DNA from: Betaproteobacteria bacterium
Lineage (GTDB): Bacteria > Pseudomonadota > Gammaproteobacteria > Burkholderiales > Ga0077523
DNA: 64,000 bases
Direction: 5' to 3'
Assembly (NCBI GenBank): GCA_016713305.1
Contig: JADJPK010000008.1
Location: 360,192 to 424,191 of the forward strand
The notes under the pieces are model-generated. The model made no database searches. It was given only the letters and a program-made list of their open reading frames with translations, and was not told the DNA's origin. Positions 17,929 through 29,083 of this stretch are shown in pieces. Position numbers and translations under genes: made by a program. The first letter of the stretch is position 1. Every line of letters starts with the position of its first letter.

Positions 17929-19320
17929 TCATGCGTCCTCCTTCACCAGCTCCAGCAGCCGGTGCCGGACCTCGGCGGGTCTCAACCTCGTCCCGCCTTC
18001 CAGGATGCCCATGTCTTCCAGCCACGTTTCGAACTCCGGCGCGGGACGCAGCCCCAGCGTCTGGCGCAGGTAAAGGGCGTCGTGGAACGACGTGCTCTGG
18101 TAATTGAGCATGATGTCGTCGGCTCCGGGCACGCCCATGATGTAGTTCACGCCGGCGGTGCCCAGCAGAGTGAGCAGTGCGTCCATGTCGTCCTGGTCGG
18201 CATCGGCGTGATTCGTGTAACAGACGTCCATGCCCATGGGCAGGCCCAGCAGCTTGCCGCAGAAGTGATCCTCCAGCCCCGCGCGGACGATCTCCCGGCC
18301 GTTCAGGTACTCGGGGCCGATGAACCCGACCACGCTGTTCACGAGCAGAGGACGGTAGCGCCGCGCCAGTCCGTAGGCCCGCGCTTCCAACGTCTGCTGA
18401 TCGACACCGTGGTGGGCGTTGGCGGAAAGCGCGCTGCCCTGGCCGGTCTCGAAATACATCACGTTGCTGCCCACGGTTCCGCGGCCGAGCGAGCGGGCCA
18501 TGTCGTTCGCTTCGTCCAGCAGCGAGGCGCTGATACCGAAGCTGCGGTTCGTCGCCTCCGTTCCGCCGATCGACTGGAAGACGAGATCCACCGGAACGCC
18601 CTGGCGCATGGCGTCCATGGTGGTGGTGACGTGCGTGAGGATGCAGGACTGGGTCGGGATGCCATGGGCCTCGATGATCTGCGCGAGCATGCGGTTGAGC
18701 ATCGATACCTGCGCGAGATTGTCGGTCGCGGGGTTGATGCCGATCACCGCATCGCCACAGGCGTACAGCAGGCCATCGACGATGCTGGCCGCGATGCCCT
18801 TCGGGTCGTCCGTGGGGTGGTTGGGCTGCAGGCGATTGGAGAGCCTGCCGGGCAGTCCGAGCGTGTTGCGGAAGCGGGTCACCACACGAATCTTGGAAGC
18901 GGCCAGGACGAGATCCTGGAGACGCATGATCTTGGATACCGCCGCCACCATCTCGGGTGTCAGCCCCGGCGCGAGCGCTTCCAGTTCCTGGGGGCCCGCG
19001 CCATACGAAAGCAGCCAGTCGCGGAAGCCGCCGACCGTGAGGTGGCCCACGGTGGAAAAAGCAGCCGGGTCGTGCTCGTCGATGATGAGCCGCGTGATCT
19101 CGTCGGACTCGTAGTCGACGACGGTCTCGTTGAGGAACGTCTGGAGCGGCAGATCGGCCAGGGTCATCTGCGCCGCCACGCGCTCCTCGGCAGACACCGC
19201 GGCGATACCCGCGAGACGATCGCCCGCGCGCCCCGGCGTGGCTTTCGCGAGCAGTGTTCCGAGGTTGGCGAACCGGTACGTCCTGGCACCGACGACGTGG
19301 CTGTAGGTGGGCATGAGCAT
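17929..19320 (-). CDS. eutB: Ethanolamine ammonia-lyase heavy subunit
   Basis: 463 aa. ...RLQPNHPTDDP.GI.ASI.DGL.YA.GDAVIGINPA... and ...MYFETGQGSALSA..HHGVDQQT.EARAYG... are EutB-specific blocks. Confidence 0.95.
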   Translation of the reverse strand: MLMPTYSHVVGARTYRFANLGTLLAKATPGRAGDRLAGIAAVSAEERVAAQMTLADLPLQTFLNETVVDYESDEITRLIIDEHDPAAFSTVGHLTVGGFRDWLLSYGAGPQELEALAPGLTPEMVAAVSKIMRLQDLVLAASKIRVVTRFRNTLGLPGRLSNRLQPNHPTDDPKGIAASIVDGLLYACGDAVIGINPATDNLAQVSMLNRMLAQIIEAHGIPTQSCILTHVTTTMDAMRQGVPVDLVFQSIGGTEATNRSFGISASLLDEANDMARSLGRGTVGSNVMYFETGQGSALSANAHHGVDQQTLEARAYGLARRYRPLLVNSVVGFIGPEYLNGREIVRAGLEDHFCGKLLGLPMGMDVCYTNHADADQDDMDALLTLLGTAGVNYIMGVPGADDIMLNYQSTSFHDALYLRQTLGLRPAPEFETWLEDMGILEGGTRLRPAEVRHRLLELVKEDA

Positions 19321-19438
19321 CTCCCGGAGCGCGCGAGGCCGGCGGACGCGAAGATCGTTCGCCGGACACGGACGGTCCGCCCCGCATGCTCACACGAATC
19401 GTCCGGGCCCGGGAAGGGCCGGATGAACCGGCGCGGCG

Positions 19439-20881
19439 CTATCGCCAGCGGCGGACGCGGCTCGTCGCGTCGGCGTAACGCGCGTGCAGCGACGGATCGA
19501 GCGGCTGATCCGGATGGATGACGCGCATGGGCGGCGCCTGGGGCGGCAGTTGTTCCATCGTGCCCAGGCCGGCGCCCATGTACGCGAGCAGGGCGCACCC
19601 CAAGCCGGTCAGATCCACGTTGGACGGCACCACCACGGTGCGGTTCAGGGCGCGGGCCAGAAAATCACAGAAGTAGCGGCTGTTCGTCAGCACCCCGTCG
19701 ACGCTCACGCTGGAGGCCAGGGGCACCCGCTCGTTCATGGCGCTCACGGCTTGCGCCGTGCGCAGCACGACGCCCTCCAGGGCCGAGCGGACCATGAGCC
19801 TGCGGTCGGTTTCGAGGTCAAGGCCCAGCCACATGCCGGCCGCGCTGCGGTCCCAGTAGGGGCTGGCCAATCCCGACAGCGCCGGGACGAACGCGAGGCC
19901 GCGTTCAAGGGCGGACGGTCCATCGAATGCGTCGAGCTCGCGCTGCTGCGAGAAGAGCCCCAGGCTTCGCACCCAGTTCATGGCGGACACCGCGTTGTAG
20001 ACCCCGGCATCCAGCGCATAGGTGTCGCGCCCGTCGATGCGCCAGGCGATGGTGGGGACCATTCCGCCGCGGCGCATCGCATCGCCCGGAGAATCCGTGA
20101 CGGCCAGGGCGAACGCGCCGGACCCGAAGGTGATCTTCAGTTCGCCTGGCCGTCTGCAGCCGTGTCCGAACAGGGCCGCCTGCTGATCGACCGCGCTGGC
20201 GACGAGCGGCACGCCGCATTTCCGCAGCACGCCGTATTCGCCGACGGTCGCACGGATCGGAGGCAGCGCGGCGATCGGCACACCGAACAGCCGGCACAGT
20301 TCCGGGTCCCACTGGCCCGTGTCCAGGTTCATGAGACTCGTGCGCGAAGCCGCCGTCGCATCCGTGGCGTAGACGCCGCACAGGCGGTCGAGAAAGAAGC
20401 TGTCGCTCGTGCCCATGCGCAGTTTTCCGCGCCGGGCGAGCGCCCGTGCCTCGGGCACGTGTTCGAGGATCCAGCGCAATTTCGTCGCCGCGAAGTACGG
20501 ATCGAGCGGGAGCCCCGCCTTGGCGAGCGTGACGGACTCGGCGCCGTCGGCCCGCAGCGCGTTGACCATGGGCGTCGTGCGCGAGTCCTGCCACACGATC
20601 GCGTTGTAGAGCGGTTCGCCGGTCTCCGCGCTCCATGCGACGACCGTTTCGCCCTGGTTGTCGAGACCCACGCCCTCGGCGCCGGTGGCGTGTTCGAGGC
20701 AGTGCTCCACCGCTCGCAGCAATTCCAGGGGATCGTGCTCGAACCACCCGGCCTGCGGGTAGAACTGGCGGTGCTCGAGGGAGCACAGGGCAGTGAATTC
20801 GCCCTGGCGGGTCAAGCGGAACGCTTTGGTGGACGCGATGCCCTGGTCGACGGCGACGACGAAGGCGGACGTACTTGCCAT
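19439..20881 (-). CDS. FGGY-family carbohydrate kinase (glycerol kinase-like)
   Basis: ATG at 20881 (MASTSAFVVAVDQGIASTKAF...). ...WFEHDP.E......NQGET.V.W....G.P.YNAIVWQD.RT... and ...DPYF.ATKL.WILE.V... are glycerol-kinase-like motifs. Confidence 0.85.
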   Translation of the reverse strand: MASTSAFVVAVDQGIASTKAFRLTRQGEFTALCSLEHRQFYPQAGWFEHDPLELLRAVEHCLEHATGAEGVGLDNQGETVVAWSAETGEPLYNAIVWQDSRTTPMVNALRADGAESVTLAKAGLPLDPYFAATKLRWILEHVPEARALARRGKLRMGTSDSFFLDRLCGVYATDATAASRTSLMNLDTGQWDPELCRLFGVPIAALPPIRATVGEYGVLRKCGVPLVASAVDQQAALFGHGCRRPGELKITFGSGAFALAVTDSPGDAMRRGGMVPTIAWRIDGRDTYALDAGVYNAVSAMNWVRSLGLFSQQRELDAFDGPSALERGLAFVPALSGLASPYWDRSAAGMWLGLDLETDRRLMVRSALEGVVLRTAQAVSAMNERVPLASSVSVDGVLTNSRYFCDFLARALNRTVVVPSNVDLTGLGCALLAYMGAGLGTMEQLPPQAPPMRVIHPDQPLDPSLHARYADATSRVRRWR

Positions 20882-21133
20882 GGGACGGACCTGACGACGC
20901 TCAAGCACTGGACGTGCGGGACGGTCTGTCCGCCCGCGCCTTCCGGTGGCTATGGGGGCGGCCGCGATGCCTCGCCGCCAGTTCCCGTCGTGTCACCGGC
21001 TGGAGGGGAGACTACGTCACGCAGGAGGCCCCCGATTTGATCCGGCGCAATTGCGATGCGCGGGATCGGCATGGAAAGAGAGGTGGCATCCGCGAAACCG
21101 TCCTGCGCTGGCGCCAGTCGACGCGTCCCCCTG

Positions 21134-21859
21134 TCAGTGGGGAGACCCCATGAAGACCATGGGTCTTGGCTTGGAGGCAGGGCGGTCCGCGAGGCGTGCC
21201 GGCACGGCCGACGCGGCCACGGGACCGGCGCGGCCCGGCGGGCTTTCCGGTTCCAGCATCCAGCGGCTACGCCAGGCCTGCAGCACCTTGTCCGCGTAGC
21301 CGGTGCCGCGGCCCAGGCTGCCGTTGTAGCGCGCGAGCGCGCGGCCGAGATCGCCCTTTTCGACGTCCAGGTAGTGCCGCAGGATGGTGCAGCCGTAGCG
21401 CAGACGGGTGCGCAGATGGACCAGGTTGTGATCCGGATGGCCGATGCTGGTCACGCAGAACGGCATGACCTGCATGTAGCCGCGGGCGCCGGCACTGGAG
21501 ACCGCGTACTTGCGGAAATTGCTCTCCACCTGGATGAGGCCCAGGACGAGATGAGGATCGAGCCCCGCCCGGCTCGCCTCGTAGTGCACGGTGAGCAGGA
21601 ACTCGTGGCGGGCCTGCGGATCGGGGATGCGCTTCGCCAGGCGGGGCGACAGGGTCTTGAGCCACACCTCGCCCTCGATGGGATCGGCAAAGGCGACGTT
21701 GGCGGTCGCTTCGTCCGAGACACTGCGCTGCAGACGCGCCTGGACCGCTGCCGACAGCGGCTCGTACCGCTGGGCACCGGCGAGCGCGCGGGGCGGATCC
21801 GCGGCAGCGAACAGCAGCGCCGCCGCGAGCGCGGTCAGGCGAGCGAGCGTTCGACCCAT
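21134..21859 (-). CDS. Lytic transglycosylase (SLT domain) with signal peptide
   Basis: ATG at 21859, inside the last 25 nt of pro[21 protein letters not shown] signal peptide. ...[30 protein letters not shown]... contains the catalytic ES motif of SLT/GEWL-like transglycosylases. Confidence 0.85.
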   Translation of the reverse strand: MGRTLARLTALAAALLFAAADPPRALAGAQRYEPLSAAVQARLQRSVSDEATANVAFADPIEGEVWLKTLSPRLAKRIPDPQARHEFLLTVHYEASRAGLDPHLVLGLIQVESNFRKYAVSSAGARGYMQVMPFCVTSIGHPDHNLVHLRTRLRYGCTILRHYLDVEKGDLGRALARYNGSLGRGTGYADKVLQAWRSRWMLEPESPPGRAGPVAASAVPARLADRPASKPRPMVFMGSPH

Positions 21860-23544
21860 GCGGCCGCTTCGGCCAGGGGGCAGGGACCAGCCTTCGGTTC
21901 CCCGCGATGCTGGACTTCCACTTCGCCGTTCTTGAGCCCCCGGTCTCCCACGGTGATCCGCAACGGAATGCCGGTGAGTTCCATGTCGGCGAACATCACG
22001 CCCGGCCGCTCGTCGCGGTCGTCCAGCAGCACCTCGATCCCCCGCGATTCCAGGTCGCCGTGGAGCTGGTCCGCCGCGGCCTTCACGGCCTCGCTCTTGC
22101 GGTAGCCGATGGCGACGATCGCCACGTGGAACGGCGCCATGGCGGACGGGAAGAGGATGCCGCGCTCGTCGTGGTTCTGCTCGATGGCCGCGGCCACGAT
22201 GCGTGAGACGCCGATGCCGTAGCAGCCCATCTCCATGGGGTGTGTCTGCCCGGCTTCGTCCAGGAAGGTGCAGGACATCGCCTGCGAATACTTGGTGCGG
22301 AGCTGGAACACGTGGCCCACTTCGATGCCGCGGCACAGCTCCAGCGTGCCCTGGCCGTCGGGGCTCGCATCGCCGTCCACGACGTTGCGGATGTCGAAGA
22401 CGTCCGCCGGAGCGGGCAGATCGCGTCCGAAGTTCACGCCGGTCAGGTGATAACCCGCCTCGTTGGCGCCGCAGGCGAAATTGCTCATCGCCGGCACCGA
22501 CCGGTCGGCGACGATCCGCACCGTTTCCGGCAGGCCGATGGGACCCAGATAGCCCGCGCGCGAACCGGTGTGACGGGCGATCTCTTCCTCGGTGGCGAAG
22601 CGGAACTCGCCCAGTCCGGGCACCTTGCCCAGCTTGACCTCGTTCAACTGATGATCGCCGCGCAGCAGCGCGACCACGAGGCGGTCGTCGTGCATCACCG
22701 CGATGGCCTTGAGAATGCGCTGCGGCCCCATCCCGAGGAAGGCGCCGACGTCCTCGATCGTCTTCTTCCCGGGCGTTTCCACCTTCGTCATGGGGTGCGC
22801 CGGTGCTGCGCGGTCATTCGCGGGGGCCACCGCTTCGGCCAGTTCCACGTTTGCCGCGTAGTCCGAGGAGGGGCAGAACGCGATGGCGTCCTCGCCCGAG
22901 TCGGCCAGCACGTGGAATTCGTGCGAGCCGGTCCCGCCGATCGCGCCGGTGTCCGCGGCCACGGCCCGGAACTTCAGGCCGAGCCGCGTGAAGATGCGCG
23001 AATAGGCGTCGTACATGTTGCGGTATTCGCGCTGCAGGTCCTCGAACGACGTGTGGAAGGAGTAGGCGTCCTTCATCACGAACTCCCGCGCGCGCATCAC
23101 GCCGAAACGGGGGCGGATCTCGTCGCGGAACTTGGTCTGGATCTGGTAGAAGTTGACGGGCAACTGGCGGTAGCTGCGGATCTCGCGGCGCGCGATGTCG
23201 GTGATCACTTCCTCGTGCGTCGGGCCGAAGCAGAAGTCGCGCTCGTGGCGGTCGCGGATCTTGAGCATCTGGGGTCCGAACACCTGCCAGCGGCCCGTCT
23301 CCTGCCACAGTTCCGCCGGCTGCACCGCGGGCATGAACAGCTCCACGGCGCCGGCGCGATTCATCTCCTCCCGCACGATCGCTTCCACCTTGCGCAGCAC
23401 GCGCAGCCCGAGCGGCATCCAGGTGTACAGGCCGCTGCCGAGCTTGCGGATGAGGCCGGCCCGGAGCATCAGCCGGTGGCTGACGAGTTCGGCTTCGGCG
23501 GGGGCTTCCTTGAGGGTGGACAGAAAGAACTGGGAGACTCGCAT
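21835..23544 (-). CDS. proS: Proline--tRNA ligase
   Basis: ATG at 23544. [46 protein letters not shown]..., 569 aa, class II aaRS motifs and the bacterial INS editing domain region. Confidence 0.96.
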   Translation of the reverse strand: MRVSQFFLSTLKEAPAEAELVSHRLMLRAGLIRKLGSGLYTWMPLGLRVLRKVEAIVREEMNRAGAVELFMPAVQPAELWQETGRWQVFGPQMLKIRDRHERDFCFGPTHEEVITDIARREIRSYRQLPVNFYQIQTKFRDEIRPRFGVMRAREFVMKDAYSFHTSFEDLQREYRNMYDAYSRIFTRLGLKFRAVAADTGAIGGTGSHEFHVLADSGEDAIAFCPSSDYAANVELAEAVAPANDRAAPAHPMTKVETPGKKTIEDVGAFLGMGPQRILKAIAVMHDDRLVVALLRGDHQLNEVKLGKVPGLGEFRFATEEEIARHTGSRAGYLGPIGLPETVRIVADRSVPAMSNFACGANEAGYHLTGVNFGRDLPAPADVFDIRNVVDGDASPDGQGTLELCRGIEVGHVFQLRTKYSQAMSCTFLDEAGQTHPMEMGCYGIGVSRIVAAAIEQNHDERGILFPSAMAPFHVAIVAIGYRKSEAVKAAADQLHGDLESRGIEVLLDDRDERPGVMFADMELTGIPLRITVGDRGLKNGEVEVQHRGEPKAGPCPLAEAAAWVERSLA

Positions 23545-23737
23545 TGGGCTTCGTTTGCTTGGAAAATGGGGATCCCGGTGCCTGGCGTGCCGCGGACCGG
23601 ATCGGATCGACTCGTGCGAGGCGCCGGTTGCCTGCCCGGTTACCGCGCGTCCTCTGTGTCGTGGTTCCCGTCCGACGGGCGGGTCGTCCACGTGCACGGC
23701 ACCGGTGAATTCCCAATTCTAGCGGCCATTCAATCCC

Positions 23738-24526
23738 ATGAGCTTGTTTTCCTCGCTGCGCGCGGGCAGATCGCGCAAGTCCGCCGACGAAGTGCACGTG
23801 AGCGAGAAGGGCGGCATCCGTTCCCTGCACCTGGGCAGCGACACCGTCCAGAGCTCCATGCGCATCGCCGCGCCGTTCGAGCTGGTGCTCTCGTACACAC
23901 GGGCGATGATGGGATTCCTCCTGTTCCATCCCGAGCCGCGACAGTTCCTGATGATCGGCCTGGGCGGCGGCTCGCTCGCCAAGTACGTGTGGCACCGTCT
24001 GCCGGAGGCGCGGACGACGGTGATCGAGAACAACGAGCGCATCATGGCAGCCGCCCGCAGCCAGTTCGCGCTGCCCGGCAACGACGAGCGCCTGCACGTC
24101 GAGCACGGCGACGGTGCCGAGTTCATCCGCGCCCATCCGGCCTTCTGCGACGTGCTGATGGTGGACGCCTACGACGCGAAGGCCCAGGTCGAGGCGCTGG
24201 CCACGGAGGACTTCTACTCCGAGTGCCGCAAGGCGCTCGAACCCGGCGGCGTGCTGGTGGTCAACCTGTGGAGTACCGATCCGCGCTTCGACACCTTCCT
24301 CCAGCGCATCGAACGGGTGTTCGACGCCCAGGTGGTGTGCCTGCCCGCGGAGAGGAAAGGCAACGTCGCGGTGTTCGCATTCGACCGCAGGGTTCCCGTC
24401 ACCCGCTGGGACCAATTGAAGGAAAGGGCGCGGACGCTCGAAGCCGCCACGGGACTCGAAATGCTCAAGTTCGTGGGCCGCCTGGGCGATCTCAATCCGC
24501 ACAGCGAGCACCGGCTGCTTCTGTGA
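23738..24526 (+). CDS. Spermidine synthase-like (PABS family) SAM-dependent methyltransferase-fold protein
   Basis: ...[17 protein letters not shown]... (GxGxG), ...VIENNERI...A...F and ...HGDGAEF......DVLMVDAYD... match the PABS fold. Confidence 0.8.
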   Translation: MSLFSSLRAGRSRKSADEVHVSEKGGIRSLHLGSDTVQSSMRIAAPFELVLSYTRAMMGFLLFHPEPRQFLMIGLGGGSLAKYVWHRLPEARTTVIENNERIMAAARSQFALPGNDERLHVEHGDGAEFIRAHPAFCDVLMVDAYDAKAQVEALATEDFYSECRKALEPGGVLVVNLWSTDPRFDTFLQRIERVFDAQVVCLPAERKGNVAVFAFDRRVPVTRWDQLKERARTLEAATGLEMLKFVGRLGDLNPHSEHRLLL

Positions 24527-24639
24527 TGGCAGCGCTTTCGTGCGGACGATCGCGACGCAGTGCAACATGGTGCGAGCGTTTCCCGCCGCGGTCTTTTGTG
24601 AAAGAATCCGACAGTGGGTTCAAACAATACAACCGGGTC

Positions 24640-25167
24640 ATGATCGATCGCGACGGCTACCGGCCCAACGTCGGCATCGTTCTGGTGAATGCGAGGAACG
24701 AGGTGTTCTGGGCCAAGCGGCTCAAGGAACACGCTTGGCAGTTCCCGCAGGGCGGCATCAAGCATGGTGAAACGCCCGAAGTCGCCATGTACCGCGAACT
24801 GCACGAGGAAGTGGGACTCGAGCCTGGGCACGTGGAGATGCTGGGACGTACGCGGGACTGGCTGCGCTACGACGTTCCGCGGCACTGGATCCGCCGCGAG
24901 CCCCGTCCGCACTACCGCGGCCAGAAACAGATCTGGTTCCTGCTGCGCCTGACCGGGCGCGACACCGACGTCTGCCTGCGCCGTACCGAGAAGCCGGAGT
25001 TCGATGCCTGGCGCTGGACCGGCTACTGGATCCCGCTGGATGCGGTGATCGACTTCAAGCGCGACGTCTACACGCGGGCGCTGTCCGAACTGTCCACCTA
25101 CCTGTCCCTTCACCCGGATCCTCACTGGCTCGAGAGCGCCACAGCCCCCGCAGCCCTGCAGAGCTGA
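24640..25167 (+). CDS. rppH: RNA pyrophosphohydrolase (Nudix)
   Basis: [17 protein letters not shown]...[28 protein letters not shown] is near-identical in pattern to E. coli RppH ([14 protein letters not shown]...[23 protein letters not shown]). ATG at 24640 within ORF 22240..25167. Confidence 0.95.
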   Translation: MIDRDGYRPNVGIVLVNARNEVFWAKRLKEHAWQFPQGGIKHGETPEVAMYRELHEEVGLEPGHVEMLGRTRDWLRYDVPRHWIRREPRPHYRGQKQIWFLLRLTGRDTDVCLRRTEKPEFDAWRWTGYWIPLDAVIDFKRDVYTRALSELSTYLSLHPDPHWLESATAPAALQS

Positions 25168-25259
25168 CCGACGCAGTGCGCGCCGCCGGGGCCTGGTGAA
25201 ACCCGTGCCGCGTGAGGGCAGCCGCCTTCACCCGTGCAGGCGGCCGACCACCGCGCCCA

Positions 25260-25685
25260 TCAGGCGGCTTTCACTTCCTCCAGATCCGCCGTCAGTTTGC
25301 CGCCGTCCTCCAGCAGCACGATGAACAGCTCGCCGCGAAGCTTCCAGGCCGCGGCGACGTCCCGGAGGATCTCGACCACCGTGTGAAGCGCATCAGGGTC
25401 CCGATCCGCCAGGGGGTGCACGGACGAGAGCCGGAGGATCACGCCGCCGGGACCGGGCGGGTTCTCCAGCAGGCATTCCTCCAGCGCGTCCCAGTTGTGG
25501 CCGAACCAGTTGGGGAATTCGAAGATGCGGGCGAACGCCTGCAGAAGCTCGGACTTGTCGGCCGGGCCGGACAGCTGGATCAGCCGGGGTGGTTCTGAAG
25601 AGGTGGGGGGGATCGTCACGTCATGCCCCACATGCCGGTAGACGCCGCCGGAACGCGTCGCGATGATGTCACCGAGAGTTCTCAT
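25260..25685 (-). CDS. Barstar family ribonuclease inhibitor
   Basis: ...ELLQAFARIFEFPNWFGHNWDALEECL...GGVILRL... matches the barstar core (F.FP.YFG.N.DAL.DCL). It is located 55 nt downstream of the RNase gene. Confidence 0.85.
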   Translation of the reverse strand: MRTLGDIIATRSGGVYRHVGHDVTIPPTSSEPPRLIQLSGPADKSELLQAFARIFEFPNWFGHNWDALEECLLENPPGPGGVILRLSSVHPLADRDPDALHTVVEILRDVAAAWKLRGELFIVLLEDGGKLTADLEEVKAA

Positions 25686-25740
25686 GCTGACCTCCTTGCG
25701 CTGCGGGACTTCCGGGCCGGAACCGCGCCTGCCGCGACCG

Positions 25741-26115
25741 TCACGGCTGCCGCTCCACGATGCGGAAGAACGTCGAGTAGTGGTCGGGTGTCCAGTAGGC
25801 GTCGACTCCGCCGCCGGTCACGATGCGCCGCGCGCCCCTGTCCCGGCTCCCCGGCGTCGGCACGGTGTATTCCCGGTAGTGGCCGCGCGGCCGGGGCGGC
25901 AACAGCCGTTCGCGGTTCGAGAATACGCTGCCGTCCTTGGCGTAGGGATACGGTCCGCCTCGGCGGATGAGGGCGAGCGTCGCGCGGCCTTCCGGCGGCA
26001 GCTCTGCCTCCGAGATCTGCAGCAGCGGCAACGGGCGGGCCAGCGCGGGCTCGGCCCCCGCGAACGTCAGGATCGCGGCGAGGACGATCCACCCCAGACG
26101 GAAGAGTCGCAGCAC
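25741..26115 (-). CDS. Secreted guanyl-specific ribonuclease (barnase/RNase Sa, N1/T1 superfamily)
   Basis: GTG at 26115. Signal peptide MLRLFRLGWIVLAAILTFAGAEPALA. ...GGPYPYAKDGSVFSNRERLLP....YREYTVPTPG..DRGARRIV.......YWTPDHYSTFFRI holds the catalytic E/R/H context of microbial RNases. Confidence 0.88.
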   Translation of the reverse strand: MLRLFRLGWIVLAAILTFAGAEPALARPLPLLQISEAELPPEGRATLALIRRGGPYPYAKDGSVFSNRERLLPPRPRGHYREYTVPTPGSRDRGARRIVTGGGVDAYWTPDHYSTFFRIVERQP

Positions 26116-26121
26116 GGCGGA

Positions 26122-27126
26122 TTACCGGGCGGTGTCCAGCACGATCTTGCCGATGTGCGTGCTCGACTCCATGAGCGCGTGCGCGCGCACCGCATCGGCC
26201 AGGGGAAACACCTGGTGAATGACCGGCTTGATGGTTTTCGCCTCGATGAGTGGCCACACCTTCTCGCGCAGGGCACGGCCGACCTCGGTCTTGTACTCCA
26301 CCGAGCGCGGCCGCAGCGTGGAACCGGTGATGGTGAGGCGCCGGTAGAGGATGTCGCCCATGTCGAAGGCTGCCTTGCTCCCGCCCAGGAACGCGATGAT
26401 GGACAGGCGGCCGTCGGCGGCCAGGCATTTCAGCTCGCGCCCCACGTAATCGCCCGCGACCATGTCCAGAATCACGTCGACACCCTTGCCTGCGGTCAGT
26501 TCCTTGACCACCGCCACGAAGTCCTCCTCGCGGTAGTTGATGCCGCGTTCCGCGCCGAGCGCTTCGCAGGCCCGGCACTTCTGCGCGCTGCCGGCGGTCA
26601 CGAACACACGGTGGCCGAAGGCGCGCGCCATCTGGATGGCCGTGACTCCGATGCCGCTGGAACCGCCCTGCACGAGCAGGGTCTCGCCCGGTGCCAGCCG
26701 GCCTCGGTCGAACACGTTGATCCACACCGTGAAGAACGTCTCCGGCAGCGAGGCTGCCTCGATCATGGTAAGTCCGGCAGGCACCGGCAGACACTGGCCG
26801 GCGGGAGTCGTGCAGTACCGGGCATAGCCTCCGCCGGGCGTGAGCGCGCACACGGCATCCCCCACTTGCCATTGCGTGACGCCTTCGCCCAGACCGACCA
26901 CCGTTCCGGCGACCTCGAGCCCGGGCAGATCCGACACCCCGGGGGGCAGGGGGTAGAGTCCCATCCGCTGCAGGACATCGGGCCGGTTCACGCCCGCGGC
27001 CGCGACGTCGATGAGCACCTCGCCTGGACGCGGGACGGGGAGCGGCCGCCGCACGTATCGAAGCACCTCGGGACCGCCGGGCTGGGCGATCTCCACCGCC
27101 CCCATGTCACTGGGTAGTGCCGCCAT
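26122..27126 (-). CDS. NAD(P)H:quinone oxidoreductase (zinc-independent MDR, PIG3/Qor family)
   Basis: ATG at 27126 after RBS gaaggag. ...GEVLIDVAAAGVNRPDVLQRMGLYP.PPG.SD.PGLEVAG.V... and ...LVQGGSSGIGVTAIQ.A...G... support the call. Confidence 0.9.
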   Translation of the reverse strand: MAALPSDMGAVEIAQPGGPEVLRYVRRPLPVPRPGEVLIDVAAAGVNRPDVLQRMGLYPLPPGVSDLPGLEVAGTVVGLGEGVTQWQVGDAVCALTPGGGYARYCTTPAGQCLPVPAGLTMIEAASLPETFFTVWINVFDRGRLAPGETLLVQGGSSGIGVTAIQMARAFGHRVFVTAGSAQKCRACEALGAERGINYREEDFVAVVKELTAGKGVDVILDMVAGDYVGRELKCLAADGRLSIIAFLGGSKAAFDMGDILYRRLTITGSTLRPRSVEYKTEVGRALREKVWPLIEAKTIKPVIHQVFPLADAVRAHALMESSTHIGKIVLDTAR

Positions 27127-27301
27127 GAATCGACTCCTTCGTGATCCGCGCGGAGCCGACGCGTGCGCCTGCACACGTTCCGGACCGGACGGTCGAGGGC
27201 CCATTGTATCGGCGCGACCCGCCCGTCCGGTGCCTCTCGTGACCGGCGGTTTGCGCGCGCGCGGACTGCCGGTTCCTTGCGGAGGAGGGAGGTGCCGGCG
27301 C

Positions 27302-29083
27302 TCAGGCCGGCAGCCTCCCCTGCGCCTCTTCGACCAGCGCCATGAGCTCGCTGCGTCGTCGCTGGTGCTCCTCGGATCCGGCGTGGCTGTAGTTGAGATT
27401 GAGAAGAAGATGGGTGAAGCGGTCGAACAATGTCTGCGCCTCGGCCTTGCCGGACACCGCGTAGCGTGGTGCGACGACATCCCGCAGCAGCAGCAGCGCG
27501 TCCTTCTGCCGTTCGAGCGCCGTGGAGACATCCACGGGGTCGTAGGCGTTCTGCTGCAGGAATACGGCATCCACCAGACGAGCCTTGAGGTGCGCCACGA
27601 AATCGTCGAGGCTCACGCCTTCCTCACCGGTGACGTGCATCATCTGTTCGATGTCGTGTCCCTGGCGCAGCAGATCGAGCATCACCGCGACGGCGGCGAT
27701 CCAGTCGGGCCCCATCTGCTCGCGCCGCCACCGCTCGAGCTGTTCGGTTGTCCGGGACCACGACAGCAGCGGATCCACCGCAGGGTAGAAGCGGCGGTAG
27801 GCGCGCTCGGCGGAAAGACCCAGGAACGTCTTCACCGTGGCGAGCGTGGCTTGCGTCACCGGTTCGTCGAAATTTCCACCGGCCGGCGAGACCGTTCCGA
27901 TCATCGTCACGCTCCCCTCGGTTCCATCCTGCCGGCGAACGATGCCTGCACGCTCGTACAGCGCGCGAACGGCCGAATCGAGGTAGGCAGGAAACGCTTC
28001 ATCCCCCGGGATCTCTTCCAGCAGTCCGGAGATCTCCCGCAGCGCCTGCGCCCAGCGGGAGGTGGAATCAGCGATCACCAGTGCGTTCAGGCCCATGTGC
28101 CGGTAGTACTCGGCGATCGTGACACCGAGATACAGCGACGATTCGCGCGCCGCGACAGGCATGGAGGAGGTATTGCAGATGAGCACCGTCCTTTCCATGA
28201 GCGTGCCGCCGGTCCTGGGATCCGGCAACCGCGGAAGCTCCGTGATCGTCTCCACGACTTCCCCGGCGCGCTCGCCGCAGGCGACGATCACGACCACGTC
28301 GGCCGCCGCGTAGCGCGATCAGATTCTGCAGCACGGTCTTGCCCGCGCCGAACGGCCCCGGAATGCAGGCGGTGCCCCGGCGCGATGGGAAAGAACTGTC
28401 GATGAGACGCATCGTCGTGACCAGGGGCCGCTCCGGGAGATTCTTTCGGCGGTTCCGGCCGGAAGCATGGGCGCCCGAAGGACGGCGGATCGGCCAGCGC
28501 TTGGCCAGGAGATTTCCCGGCGCTGTTCTCCATCCGCTTCCAGCACCGCGACGATGTCCGCGACGCGCACGCGTCCGCCGCCAAGCGTTGCGACACGCAT
28601 CGGTCTGGCGAGATCGGTCGGTGCAAAGATGTGGTGGCGCACATGACCTTCCTGCACGTGGCCGATCGTCTCTCCTGCCCGGATGGTCGCGCCCGCCGCT
28701 ACGGCCGGCTCGAAATGCCACAGGCGGTCCGCGTCCAGTGCGTCGGCCCGGGCACCGCGCTCCAGGAAGTTGCCGTGGTGCGCGCTCAGGACGTCGAGCG
28801 GATTCTGCAGGCCGTCGTAGACCTGGCCCAGCAGGCCTGGACCGAGCGTGGCCGACAGCAGTTCACCGGTCAGGTCGACCGCCATGCCGACGCGAATACC
28901 GCGTGTGTCCTCGAAGACCTGCAGATCGGCCGTCGCGCCGCGCACTCGCAGCACTTCGGCCTGCAGCCGGCGGCCGCCCACGTGAATGTAGGCCACTTCG
29001 TTCTTGATCACGCGCCCCTCGCCGGCCCGGATCCGGACGAGCGCCTCCTTCACGCCCGTCACCACTGCCTGTGCCCCGATCAC
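27302..29083 (-). pseudogene. V/A-type ATPase catalytic subunit A, disrupted by two frameshifts
   Basis: The GTG at 29083 overlaps the upstream stop (GTGA). The N-terminus (…LQAEVLRVRGATADLQVFEDTRGI..G..V..TGELLSATLGPGLLGQVYDGLQNPL) is in the frame of ORF 28319..29374. The Walker-A segment (RWPIRRP...PLVTTMRLIDSSFPSRRGTACIPGPFGAGKTVLQNLIA) is only in the frame of ORF 28068..28721. The remainder (RYAAADVVVIVACGERAGEV...NTSSMPVAARESS...) returns to the first frame (ORF 27302..28297), passing an in-frame TGA at 28319-28321. The shifts are at about 28505-28515 and about 28316-28326. Confidence 0.88.

Noticed and set aside
17082-19320. eutBC without microcompartment or other eut genes, as a possible anomaly
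   Set aside because: A minimal eutBC pair without BMC shell genes is the common arrangement in many Proteobacteria. Nothing in the sequence suggests anything unusual.
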